Source: Octopus sinensis
Lineage: Eukaryota
Reading direction: 5' to 3'
Assembly (NCBI RefSeq): GCF_006345805.1
Contig: NC_043000.1
Location: forward strand, 39,990,001-40,054,000
DNA length: 64,000 nucleotides
Positions 26,649-39,177 of this stretch are shown piece after piece (the stretch's first letter is position 1; each line of letters begins with the position of its first letter). The position numbers and the translations under genes are program-made. The notes under the pieces are model-generated. The model had not been told where the DNA came from and did not search any database. It saw nothing but the letters and a program-made list of their open reading frames with translations.

Positions 26649-27052
26649 TAATTGCTTTGTAAAGCACAATATATGACATGCATATGGCAACATATAAAAC
26701 TCAGAACTTGGTGACATATGTTATATATAAATATTGACATTTTATGTCTTGTGTAACTATGATCTGTTTTGACATTGAAATGAAATAGGGTTTGCCTATT
26801 AAGATATAAATTGCAACAATGAATCAATAGCTATAAGGAGATACAAAAAAAAAAAAAACGGGTAAGACACAATGAGGGTGTGACTGCTTTGTTAACAGTA
26901 TAATTAAATATTGGAAAGTGGTTGAGGTGAGCTGGGGTGAAGAGAGCTCAAACATTCAATATTTTATGTATTGTTCAACAACTTTTAACATTCAGATATC
27001 AATACACAAATTATGCATATAGTGTTTAAATATATGTGTGTGTGTGTGTGTG

Positions 27053-27380
27053 AAGGTGCATGTCTTAGTGGTTAGGATATTAAACTCATGATCGTAAGGT
27101 CACAAGTTCAATACCTGGTGGCGCATTGTGTTGTCCTTGAGCAAGACACTTTATTTCATGTTGCTCCAGTCTACTCAGCTGGCGAAAATGTTTTATACCT
27201 GTTATTCAAAGGGTCCAGTCTTGTCATATTCTGTGTCATGCTGAATCTCTCTGAGAACTATGTTAAGGGTATGCATGTCTGTGGAGTACTCAGCCACTTA
27301 TAAGTTAATTTCATGGGCAGGCTGTTCCACTGATTGAACCAACTGGGACACCCATTGTCATAACCAATGGAGAGCCAAGA
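27053..27380 (+). mobile_element. tRNA-headed SINE, family C (my label)
   Basis: gtcttagtggttagg A-box, agttcaatacc B-box and gtccttgagcaagacactttatttcatgttgctccag core-like segment. Confidence 0.7.
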
Positions 27381-27439
27381 TATATATATGTATGTATGTA
27401 TATATAGGGATCAAGTTATATGTTCAAATGCATTATTTT

Positions 27440-27993
27440 AGGATGTGATATCAGGTAAAGCAGCTGGAGTCAGTGGATGTTGAAAATATCCAGAAAAGCA
27501 AAACACAAGCTAATCTAGTCACCAGCATAATCAGAGATATGCCATATCTAACGACTAGTATTTCAGTATAATCACCAACTGCTACAAGGGCAAAGAAGAT
27601 GCTCTAGAAAGAAGCAACTACAGAGGTCTTAAATTAATAAACCACGGTCTGAGAATAATACAGTTATAGATCAACAGATTAGAAAGAAAATTAATTTAGA
27701 CAAAACAGTTTAAACTTATGCCAGGCTGGGATACTTTTGATGCCTTCTTTGTTGTGAGACAAAGTACAAGAGTTCTTAGCTGAGAGTAAGCTACTATACT
27801 GTTGGCTTAGAAATGGCTTTTGACAGGGCACCATGCTCTGCAGTCTTAAGATTGGGAAGAAAATTATAAGTAGATGAATGGCTTGTGAGAGCTGTGCAAG
27901 CCATGTACAGAGGTGCTGCAGTCTTAAGATTGGGAAGAAAATTATAAGTAGATGAATGGCTTGTGAGAGCTGTGCAAGCCATGTACAGGTGCT
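27440..27993 (+). pseudogene. RTE-clade LINE reverse-transcriptase fragment, decayed, with an internal 78-bp tandem duplication
   Basis: Remnant peptides SGKAAG, CYKGKEDALERSNYRGLKL, LEMAFDRAP and VDEWLVRAVQAMY. The duplicated units start at 27838 and 27916. Confidence 0.85.
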
Positions 27994-28522
27994 ATAAGCA
28001 CAGTGATTGTTATGATGTTCAGCATGCAGTTAAGTTATCAGTTCACTGCTGCTTTTTTTTCTAATATTCCAGTAAAAACAAAAGAATTTATGACCAACTA
28101 ATAACCATAGGAACACCTGTATGCCAATTACCTAATTCTCAGCAGAATCTGCTGAAGATGTAGAGAAATTCCAAACTTGGAAGCACACACACACATATAT
28201 AAAGTATATGGAGATTAAAAGAAGCCTTATTGTAGGTGTGTGTGTGTGTGTCTCCTTGTCTTGACATCATCATATGCTAGTTTTAGGCAAGTGTTACTGT
28301 CATACAAGTAGTTACATTCATTTGGAGTCTTCTATGAAAACCTGTCAGGCTTTGGGGAAATATTACCTTACTTGGAAACAAGAAAGGGTTGGCAACAGTC
28401 AAAGAAAATCTGCCTCAATTAATTTCATCTGACCCATGCAAGCATAGAAAAGTGGATGCCAAAAATGATGATTACGATGATGATATACACACAGGTGTCT
28501 AATAAAAAATCTATGAAATCAT

Positions 28523-29438
28523 CAGAGTGAAAGGTAAATTGTATGATGCATGTGTGTGAACTGCCATACTACATGGCAGTGAAACATGGGCCGTGACTGC
28601 TGAAGACATGTGTAAGCTTGAAAGAAATGAAGCTAGTATGATCTACTGGATGTGTAATGTCAGTGTGCACACACTGCAGAGTGTAAGCACCCTGAGAGAA
28701 ATGTTGGACATAAGAAGCATCAGATGTGGTGGGCAAGAGAGACGTCTGCACTAGTATGGTCATGTACTGCATATGGATGAGGAAAGCTGTGTGAAGAAGT
28801 GTCACTCCCTAACAGTGGAAGGAACCATGGTAGAGGGAGACCCAGGAAGACATGGGATGAGGTGGTGAAGCCTCATTGAGGCAATGATGAAAGACTGAGA
28901 CCTCTGGAGATATGCTGTGATTGAGAAGACCTAGCAAGTAAAGTGAGATCACAGCCATACCCAACACCAATGTAGCATAACCAGCAAGTTTAAAAAGTAC
29001 CTTTGAATCATTTGGCGACATTCTGTGCTTGAGCAGACTTATCGAGTCAAGTAAAATCCAAATCCAAATTTAAATCAAATTACGATCAAATGGAATTTGT
29101 AATTGTGGCTGATGCTAGTACCGCTTGACTGGCACCCATGCTGGTGGCATGTAATGAGCACCATGCATACACGGGTCATTGCCAGTGCTACCTCACTGGC
29201 TCCCCGTGCCGGTGGCACATGAAAAGCACTAACCGAACGTGGCTGATGCCAGTGCTGCCTGACTGGCTCCCATGCCAGTGGCATATAAAAATCTCAGAGT
29301 GTTTGGCATTAGGAAACACTGTAGAAATACTGTTAGATCAGATTGGAGCCTGGTGCTGCCTCCTGGCTTACCAGTTGCCAGTCAAACCGTCCAACCCATG
29401 CCAGCATGGAAAACAGACTTTAAACAATGATGATGATG
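28523..29438 (+). mobile_element. RTE-clade LINE: ORF2 C-terminus, 3' UTR and (GAT)n tail
   Basis: KGKLYDACV*TAILHGSETWAVTAEDMCKLERNEASM, YGHVLHMDEESCVKKC and GRPRKTWDEVVK. Ends ccaacccatgccagcatggaaaacagactttaaacaatgatgatgatg. Confidence 0.9.
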
Positions 29439-29567
29439 GCCAAATTCTTAAATAATGTTTAAATTTTTTCTTATGGATAATTAACCAAAGATTGTTCAAC
29501 ATAGTTGTTTGATCAGGTAATACACATGTGACTTGTAGCTTGGGAAGAATGTGATTAGGATGGAAAA

Positions 29568-29784
29568 CCCTCTAACATTTAAATTGGCCATATCTGGCCC
29601 AAACATTTTACCAGTTTTATGTTCAAACCAGCCTGATCCAGCCTCTCACACCTACCCTATAATGACATTCAAAAGAAAAATGATCACATCATCGAAATCT
29701 CAAAGCTACAATATATTGCATGATCAATACAAAACTGCGAATAATAAATATTACATTTGTTAGAGTAATTTAAATACTAAAGGG
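29568..29784 (-). mobile_element. piggyBac-type MITE, second family
   Basis: Termini aa|ccctctaacatttaaattggcc and ctaaaggg|tcaa. Reverse complement of the 29939-30507 element. Confidence 0.7.
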
Positions 29785-29938
29785 TCAAGGCATTCGTTAT
29801 GGTAGTATGTGGGTCTGCCATATTTATTTTTGATTTGTTGACTTATTTTGATTTAATTTTTAAGTGAGCACAATCTGAACAGGACTTCTCACAATAGTCT
29901 CTTGTGTATGACATTTTCCTGATAGTCAAGTTGATTAA

Positions 29939-30507
29939 TCCTTTAGCATTCAGATTACTCTGTTGAATGTAAAAAAAGAAAGTAAAGTAAAAGACCCCTT
30001 TTGGTCATGAAGGGTTATGGGATTGCACCTAGAAAGTTCCCCTCAGAGGCACAAGTTCAGGCAAGGTTGTTTAGGGAAGACCAGCAGTCACCCATGCATA
30101 CTGGTCTCCCCTCTCCATGCCACTGATGTTGTCCAAGGGAAAGGCAAAGGCCCATACAGATTGGCACCAGGGATGTTGTAACTCATTTCTACAAATGTGT
30201 GAACTGGAACAACATGAAACAAAGTGTCTTGCTCAAGAACACAACACACAGCCCAAGAATCCAACTCACTACCTCATGATTGTGAGCCAAACACTGAGCC
30301 ATGTGCCTGCACTCTGTTGGATGTAATGCTTATTTATTCACATTGTTTAAATTAATCATGCGTTATCTTGGAGTTTCAAGATTTTGATGATGAGATTATT
30401 ATTTTTAGAATGACACTGTAGAATAGGTGTGAAAGGCACTGATTCTGGCTAGTTTGAACATAAAAAGAATATTTGGGTCAGATATGGCCAGTTTAAGTGC
30501 TAAAAGG
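29939..30507 (+). mobile_element. piggyBac-type MITE, second family, interrupted by a SINE
   Basis: ttaa|tcctttagcattcagattactctg ... gtttaagtgctaaaagg. Split at a 15-bp TSD. Confidence 0.72.
29972..30310 (-). mobile_element. SINE family C with (TTTAC)n tail, nested in the MITE
   Basis: TSD actctgttgaatgta (29957-29971) and actctgttggatgta (30311-30325). tRNA-like head at the right end. Confidence 0.82.
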
Positions 30508-30513
30508 CCAAAT

Positions 30514-30546
<33 letters not shown>

Positions 30547-32149
30547 TGGGGAAGAGATGCTATAATTTATCCCAGATGTAGTTGAGTTATAATCTTTATC
30601 ACTTCATACAGAACTACTGCATTGAAACTCTCACTGCTTCAAACTTCCTCGCTCCAACTTAACTTTCTGTTCATATTTGCTTTTATACACTTACTGTATC
30701 TTTCTCCTTAGCCCAGAGCCAAATGTCATTTATGTACAGGAATGCTTCACTCTTGAACCTGTGTTCTCAAGTATTTCCAATAAACGTTTCCAACTTTGAC
30801 AAACTCCATTATTCCACTAACTTCACTTTTCTCTTATCCCCTACCCACCAAAAATTTTACTTCAAGACTCACACCACACACACACACATGTATACAGATA
30901 TGCATACTATAAATGAATGAGCAAGGCTGCTTCTCTTCAAGATGAACTGGTTTAGAATGAAAACTACTGAGGTGGAATGAAGCAGATATAATGAAATAAC
31001 TGTGTAATGAAAGTCCAATTGATCAAAACTGGCTGTTGGGAATTAGAATTAAAGACACTATCTAAATAAGTGATGGTGAGAACTATGTTAAAGAAATGGC
31101 TACTATGGTCTGGCAGTAAAAGGTAGTCTGTCCAAATAGATGAAGGCCAAAATATGAAGCCGTTCAAACTGAGCAAAGATGATTAATTACTTGAAGAAAT
31201 GAACATTCATTAAAGATGACCACAAGAAAAGCTATTTTGCAGACAGATTGATCCAACAAACAACAAAATAGTAAAAGAAAATAACCTGTGCATATGGATG
31301 TTATTGAAGATGCTGGTCAATGATTATTTGATATAATATAAGAGCAAGTCTCAAAAGTTTGCAAAGAAATGGCAACTTCTACTTTACAACTTGATAAAAG
31401 CAAAGAGGAAGTTAGGGGCTCATCCTGTGGTCAAGTGACATTTACAAAAAGCAACATGTGAGGGAGCCATTATATAGTAGCTGAAACAACTAGAAACAGC
31501 AACCATGTATCCCAAATCAGACTTTACCATCTTAACAACAAAAAAAAAAAAAAAGAAGGAAGGAAGGATATAGGTAATGCAGTCCAAAATGTCTCTGATT
31601 AAAGGTTGGCTCATTCAGAGCTCCTCTGTGGCTAAACAACAAACTGAGACAAGTTTCTGGATCACTCAAAGTATGAGAAATAGAAGCTACTTTATTGGCT
31701 GGTATTGTTTGGATCCAGGTCAGCCCTGATCCATCAATCCCAATCAAAGATATTCCATTCATAACTTCAAAAGAAAAATTTTTTAAATTAAATTGTATTT
31801 TTTTTCAGACAAGAAGCCAACATTATCTGATGTAGACTTCTTTTTCTTTTTTTTAGACAGAATGTAAACAGGGAGAACATTGGCTGTTATTTTTAACTAG
31901 TCAAACAACTGTGTAGCAGTTCCTTTGTTGGCTTATGAAAACACATTGATATTGATAGAAAGGGCATATTGGCAAATATGTGTATGTATCCATTGTTGGG
32001 TAATGATCCTGAGAAGAAGTATGCAATACAACTATAGAGTGCAGTAAATTGAATTTGGCTCAGTCTGACTTGTCCAAAGAAGTGGCAGCATGATGTGTAA
32101 ACTCCAGAGTAACAGGCAACCACTAGGCTAGCTTGAATTACACACACAC

Positions 32150-32522
32150 ACAATCATCATCATCATTTTAATGTTTACGTTTTCATGTTTATATGGGTCA
32201 GATGGAATTTGTGGAGGCAGATTTTTTAAGGCTGAGTGCCCTTCCTGTTACTACCTCAACTGTTTTCAAGGAAGATTGGAAATAAAGGACCTCTACTTGT
32301 ATGATGGTGACATCCATTTATAACTATCATGTAATGTCAAGTCAAGGAGACAACACACATGTACATATATAATCATATATATGTATGATGGCCTTCTTTC
32401 AGTTTTCTGTCTACCAAATCCACTCATAAGGTTTTGGTTAGCCTGGAACTATAGCAGAAGATACTTGGCCAAGGTACCATACATTTGTTGGGCTGCAGGC
32501 ATCTTACCACACAGCCATGCTT
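32150..32522 (-). mobile_element. SINE with family-B head and RTE-derived tail
   Basis: Same bipartite structure as 19130-19530. Confidence 0.7.
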
Positions 32523-32549
32523 ACATATATATATATGTGTGTGTGTGTG

Positions 32550-32596
<47 letters not shown>

Positions 32597-32792
32597 AGGA
32601 TATTCAGTTACAGTAAAACATGTAATAGTAAGGACCAGACAAGGAGACAAAGATAAGGGACAAACTGCCAAAATATCAATTTAAAAAAATGAAAAATCAG
32701 AGAGTTTTGGAAGACATCAGTCACATGAAGTCTATATTCTTTAATAAACAACATTTTGGTATATGCTCTATTAGATAATTTTTCCATTTTCA

Positions 32793-32866
32793 AGAATGTC
32801 AGTACTCTTCAAAAGAAACCAATAAGAACTGTCATATTGGTGTCTATTGAAGAGTTTTGACATTCT
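32793..32866. ncRNA. Candidate pre-miRNA-like hairpin (unverified)
   Basis: About 32-bp stem with 3 mismatches and 1 G-T pair, 10-nt loop agaactgtca (32825-32834). No match to any miRNA I can recall. Confidence 0.3.
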
Positions 32867-35800
32867 AAGAATAGATGGATTTATCTTAGAATATTGAAGC
32901 AAGTTAGTGTTGAGCTTCAGGTTAATTCCAGTTGAGTAAACATATGATCAAAGACATTCTAGTTGTGACCATCCTGTCCTTCAGAAATATCAAGGATTAC
33001 ATTGTATGATGTCCTTTTCCTTTTTAAAAAAATATAGGGTGTGATTTGAGGAAAATTTGTTATTATTTTTCATTGATCAAACAACCACACAGTTGTATAG
33101 TCTATGACACAGAAAGACAGGTAGTTCCTTGTTTCATGAATGTTGGGATTACAGATGACAAATGCATAGCTCAATATTCTAATCACATGGACAAGATGCC
33201 AATTTTCTGTAGGTAAATTGTCCCAGCTAAGGCAAAGTAGTAGACTTCAAGTATCAACGTTGAGTCAGGAACATGAAAAATCCTTACTGACTGAGCTGAT
33301 GGTCCTTAAAACAGCAATGGTAAATATGAACACATTTGGCTAAAAATATTTCGTTTCTTTCATAAACCTGTTTTTGGAATGTTGCATGTTTTTTAGTTTT
33401 AGGTAAACACTTATCAATAAGCTTTTTTCAGGGAGAATTTTGTTTTGTTTTATTTATTTTTGAAGTGCACCACATGTCACTTAAAAGCTGCAGCATTTTG
33501 CCACTGACATGCATATCAAGGATTTGCAATCCCTGCTCTAAAACATATCAACTTGAATGTCTTTGAAATGCAACTGTCTCTTCATTGCATTGTTGATTAG
33601 TTACAGCATACAGCCAAAATGTATTTCTATAGCTTTGCATCAATCTCAGCAGCTGCTCCTTGTAGTACAGAGAGGGGGATGAGGGTGGCCTAACAGTTCC
33701 ACATAGCCATTTAGTATTGGTTATAAGCCAATAGTCTATAAATACAGTGATAGGTTAGGACATGGTGACCTAGGTCATGGTAACAACAACCACTGTCAGG
33801 CTTGCCATAACACTACACCCTAACTTTTTTGCCAATGGGACAAAAAGTGAATAAAGTCAGTTAAATAAATTACTGTCCTATCAAAGAACTAACAAACTTC
33901 TTGCTTTTGTTGGTGAGGGGCATACAAAAAAATTTCAAAATAGAAGTGTTTTTTCTTCCTTACAACGGTGGGCCAACAAATGAACAAATGACCTCTGGGA
34001 CTTTCTTGACAAGTATAAAATGTCACGGAATTTCTGTGGAAGAATTCAAAAGTGTTGCCTGTCCTGTAGCCATTTTTTGCTTAAGGTTAAATAGTTATAT
34101 AAACCTACACAAGCATTTTTCTGTGTTCATCTTATGGAGCAACTTAACTAAAGCAAAAGTGCAATAAAATAAAATACATTTTTCTAAACAAAGACAGTTT
34201 CATAAGCACTCTAAATTAGAAAAGGACAGTGTGTAATTAATATGATACAACTAGGCATGTAAATAGTATATCAAAAGAAAATTAGAAAGTCAAGCTAGTA
34301 TCCTGAGGTTAAAAATTTAAGAAAGTACATTCTGAAAATGTGTGGAGTGAATGAAATTTCCAGTTCTGGTAATTTTGTAAGCTAATGAAAGATATGAGCT
34401 AGTGATGACAACAAGGGAGCCTTTATTCCTTTTCTGCATGCACCCAAGGGATAGTGAGAGTTGCGTAGAATGGGAGAGCTATTTGCATAAAGAAAATCAG
34501 ACAGACTGGCGGAGAGAAGGGAAGAGAGGGAGAAAGAAGGGTTGTTAGAGAAGGAAGTTAAAATCTAAAATACCCAGAGAAAGAGGGAGGGAGAGAGAAG
34601 GAGGCAAATTTGGAAAATGAAAGTTAGTATATACTATGTATATAGGTGTTTTTCCCCACCCGCCTCAGCACTATTTTCAATCCATGGATAGATTGGTAAA
34701 ATAAAAGCGAGTAGAAGCAAGAAAGGAGAATTTGAAAGTTCAATAGTCCTACCTCCATTTATAGACAGGGTGGAGGGAAAGGAGCAAAAAATAGGGAAAA
34801 TGTATTATTCCTGAGCTGTATCTAACAAAAGCTTTGACGTTTTTTCTATTGTTGAAAGTTTCTGCTCTTCTCTCCTTCACCTCTTTCCAAACCAAGAGTC
34901 AGACAGAAAAGAGGCAGAGTGGGGGACAGAGATGATAAGATGATGGTGTAGCCAGTTTGCAGAAGAATAAAAACCAAAATTCAAGGAAATAATTGATGAT
35001 TCTGCCTACTGGAAAAACAGTTAAAACACAAGCTAACCTATACTTAGTTGCTTGACAATGGAAATAAAGGCCATATATCACTCATATCACACCTAACCCT
35101 TTTAAAAGTTTGACTCATTGACTACTGAAGTCCTAGACATGTTATGTCTGGAAAATTAAAATGATGTGATGGTCGAACTGACCTGGGACTGAATAATCCA
35201 CGAACCAACGATAGAACTGGGCTAAAAATAGCAACCAAATCTCTCCACCTCATACCAAATTGTACCTTACTGCGTTTAAAACAAAAGGAAGGCTACATTG
35301 AATAGTATATGGTCATGATTTTTTTTATCATAAATCTTCTGGATTGGGGATGACCTGGGACTAAACAACAGTAATTTGTAAAGTTTAAACGTTGAGATAA
35401 GGTACATTTTAAAGAAACGGAATTTATGCAGGAGAAAGTTTGTTTAATGGTGTTGGTCCTAACTGAAGTTGAATGTTGCTTGGGTAGGTAGGTAGGTAGG
35501 TAGGGTTAGATCTATAGGAGGGCAAAAGGTTTGAGACGGTGAGGCAAACAAACGACCATTTTGTGGGGAGGGAAGAGTAAAATGATGCAGATTCTGTTAG
35601 AAGTGCTGTTGTTTTCTCTTTTATGCTCCCCCCCTCCACTACACTTCTGCCTTAAAGGTCATAGTCGGGAATGAAAAGAAAAAGGGTGACTTAATTTATT
35701 CTGGTGGAGGTCGAGAACGAAGTTAAGATAAGTGGAAGGAGACGTGGAGGGAGGAATAGCAAAAAAAAAACGAAGAGGTACAGAGGCGATGATGATGTAA

Positions 35801-35949
35801 GGACTCCATAGGTTATTTTTTTGTTTTATTGAAGACTAGCAGTGGGCAAGGGAAACCTGTGGGTGGTGGGGGAGTAAGTAAAGTGACGGTTGAAAGAAAA
35901 AAGGAAAAGAACATTTATACACACACACACACACAAGAACAACGACTTT

Positions 35950-36100
35950 ACTCTGTGATCAGTTATAAACAGCAGAAATACGTGGGAAGTAACTATGGGA
36001 AGAAGGAGAAGAGACACAGAGAGTGGGGGTGGATGTCGTCAGAGATATGTTGATAGGAAGATAAACAACAATACGCCATTATACTATATTCGAAAGGCCC
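35950..36100 (-). promoter_or_regulatory. Candidate minus-strand promoter or TSS region
   Basis: Left edge of the CpG-retaining domain. YY1-like acgccattat at 36073-36082. Pyrimidine-rich leader-like sequence follows on the minus strand. Confidence 0.3.
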
Positions 36101-36104
36101 CTGC

Positions 36105-36400
36105 TCCCTTCTGCCCGGCAAACTCGACTCGATTCCCGTCGCTGCCCATTTTACTTCACTTAGGTCGTCGCGATGTCCGCAAACAAAGCAAGTAGATCAA
36201 AGCGGGAGCTTTTACGCGGTCATTTGACCTGCTAGAAATAGCAGCCAAATTTCTCTTAAATCAAATGTATTGACACAAAGGTTAAGAACTGACCGCATCT
36301 CACTTCCCCCAAAGACAAGACGAGGCGATCACGACTGGATTGCTTTTGATTAGTAGCAATCATCGATCATAGTTGACTTGGGGCTAAATAACAGCAAGTA
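36105..36400 (+). mobile_element. Ancient SINE-like repeat, family D (ctagaaatagcagccaaat core), most complete local copy
   Basis: The core recurs at about 1680, 35215, 36510, 39340, 40680, 41325 and 47100, and in reverse at about 12310, 33055, 37555, 40125 and 48165. The 3' tail is gacctggggctaaacaac-like. Confidence 0.6.
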
Positions 36401-36714
36401 AATCGCATTACTTCCGCCACCGATGAGCCGTATAAAATCGGAGACTTCATAACTTTGCAACAAATCATGTTGTGATGAACTAGATGAGAACCCTAAAGGT
36501 CACTCAATCTACTAGAAATAGCAGCCAAACCTCCCTTAAATCGAACCCTATCGAGCAGACCTATGATTAAAGGCATTTGAGCCGCTACCATCCCATTTTA
36601 CCATATGTGCGGGAAACTTGAATCCTCATTACCTCACCTGTCCTTTTCTCAGAGAGATTTAGTTGTTATTTCTAGGCGTTCAAGCAATCTCGTAGAGGCT
36701 ACGTCGATGCAGAA

Positions 36715-36951
36715 TCGGCGAGCTGGCAGAAACGTTAGCACGCCGGGCGAAGTGCTTAGCGGTATTTCGTCTGCCGTTACGGTTCTGAGTTCAAATTCCG
36801 CCGAAGTCGACTTTGCCTTTCATCCTTTCGGGGTCGATAAATTAAGTACCAGTTACGCACTGAGGTCGATGTAATCGACTTAATCCCTTTGTCTGTCCTT
36901 GTTTGTCTCCTTTGTGTTTAGCCGCTTGTGAGCAAAAAAAAAAAAAAAAAA
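36715..36951 (+). mobile_element. SINE family A, young, poly-A tail
   Basis: CpG-intact, with an A-run at 36934-36951. Confidence 0.88.
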
Positions 36952-39119
36952 TCGGTAGCGTGTAGGTCGAAATGCTTTGCAGCATTCGGTTACAGTTCTT
37001 TACGTTCTGAGTTCAAATCTCACCGCGGACAACTTTACCTTTCATCTCTACCGAATTAAATAAAGCTCCATCAAACAGTATGCGAATGAAATTATAAAAG
37101 AAAACAGCTTTTGAAAACATGTGGATGACAAAGTCAGTAAAGCGTCGACTAAAATAAATGTAGTGTAGTAAAACTTAGATAATTTGTTGCCTATGGGTTC
37201 GAATCCTGCTAAAGTCTACTTTGTCTTTCATCTTCCAGATGTCTATTACAATAAGTAGTAGTCACATATGATCAAGTCGATTACATTACCCCCAGTCCTG
37301 ATCAAACAGCTTCCATGGTCGAAAGTAGTTTAGCCGTGGCCACCTTGTCTTATTTTCAAATATTTTCCTTGAGTCTAGGATCCCATAACCTAATGTAGCT
37401 TTCATTTTCGAAAACAATATTGCATAATGGTTTGAGGGAGACTTGGTCATTATTTCTTGCAGCTTTCCCATTATGTTAGTGAGCGTGTAAAATGTTATCG
37501 AATATGTTAATTTTTAAGTCGATATTGATCGATTCTGAGGCTGACTTGGCTGCTATTTCTAGCAAGACAATAGGCCCATTTGAAAGTTTCCTGCTGCTGT
37601 TTAGAATGTGTGTTTGTGTGAGTGTAAAATTCGATTTTTAATACATGCAAGCGCAGTCTGGCGCCTATTTTAACTGGCGGCTGGTGTTGTGTCGGCGACA
37701 GACTGACAATACGAGGTTAATGGCACATGTGCCAAGAATAGACGAAGGAGTGGCAGGAGATATGTACACACACATACACAGACTGTGTGTGTGTGTGTAT
37801 GAGAGAGAGAGAGAGAGAGAGAGAGCAAGGTAGCTGTGGTGGGAGAAAACTATATTGACCAATATGAGCTGAAATCAATCAATAACAGCAAGGAACAATC
37901 TAGAATGAATATATATATATGTGTGTGTGTGTGTGTGTTTTAATATTTTTTCTTTCTCGTTTAAACCCTTTTTTTATTATCATCATTATCATAAACACTA
38001 CCGCAGAAACACAATCGGAGTGTTGAGAGACCGAATATTGAAACTAGAAACTAGTGTGTGGATGACCACATGTATATGCATGTGGTATGTGCATACTTGG
38101 TTTCCATTGATTTACACACACACACACACACTCATATGCACGCATATATTACACCATGAGGTGTCTCTTACCCGGTCCATCAACCAAGCTAGAGTAACAG
38201 CCTAATCTACCTCAAACTATACCTTGGACAATAGTCGTTGATACAGAAAAAAAAAAGAGCAAAAAAAGACTGGCTAGACGCAGTTAGAATACCTTTGCTC
38301 AAATATAATCTACTCGATTATAGCTGACCTGGATGCTAAATAGCACGCACATCATACAAAACTAGATCACATCGACACACCACACCAAACATCAACCGTG
38401 TGTGTGTGTGTAAGAGTGTCTATATATTACGTACGTAATTGGTGCACACATTTTTAAATACTACAAGCAGATGTATACCCCCTCTCTCGCTTTATACACA
38501 CACAGAGACGCGCGGGTGTGTAACACACACACAGACACACACACACACACAAGTATCCAGCAGATGTTATTTTAGCCCAGTGTCTGGGCTATCTTTCGTT
38601 TTGACTTACAGAAATGTCATTGTTATATTCGAGGATGACCGTCTGGGCCATCTTTCGTTTTGACTTGCAGCACAAGCATAACCAAATTATTCAAGCAATA
38701 TGACCTCTCTCTCATCTCTCTCTCTCTTTTCTTTTTTGTAAAAAAAAAACCACCACGTACTCATTACACAATATTATCCAATATATCCTTTGTTAAAACA
38801 TGATTCAAGGGAAATATGGCTGTTATTTCTAGAAGATCGATCAACCACGTAGAGGACCCCGACGTTGGTTCAAAAACGGTGGTTGTCGCTTAGTGCCACC
38901 TAGCTCAACTCTAAGCAATATGATCTAAGAACACTCTAGCCATGATCATCCCGTTTTTTTTCTTTTTTTTTTTTTTCAGAGATATGTAATACTATATGCG
39001 CATCCAGGTGTCCTTCGCGTTTTGAGGGAGATCTGACTGTTGTTGATGAGAGAGAGCGTCCATCTAGAGGTTTCGTAAGTCGAGGAAAATGTCAAGGCTG
39101 AAAACGTATCAATGGGCAG

Positions 39120-39177
<58 letters not shown>
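39120..39177. repeat. (TA)n microsatellite
   Basis: Direct reading of the sequence. Confidence 0.95.

Noticed and set aside
30960-31410. Possible decayed hAT transposase (STLQLDKS resembles SLQLDES)
   Set aside because: A single weak motif amid many stops, with no TIRs found.
33901-34167. 88-aa plus ORF, and a minus-strand segment ending at a gtaagg donor near 33960
   Set aside because: No recognisable product; it could be a UTR exon but the sequence alone cannot support this.
38582-38670. Repeat-spacer-repeat of about 30 bp (gtctgggc.atctttcgttttgactt.cag)
   Set aside because: Only two copies; a simple local duplication.
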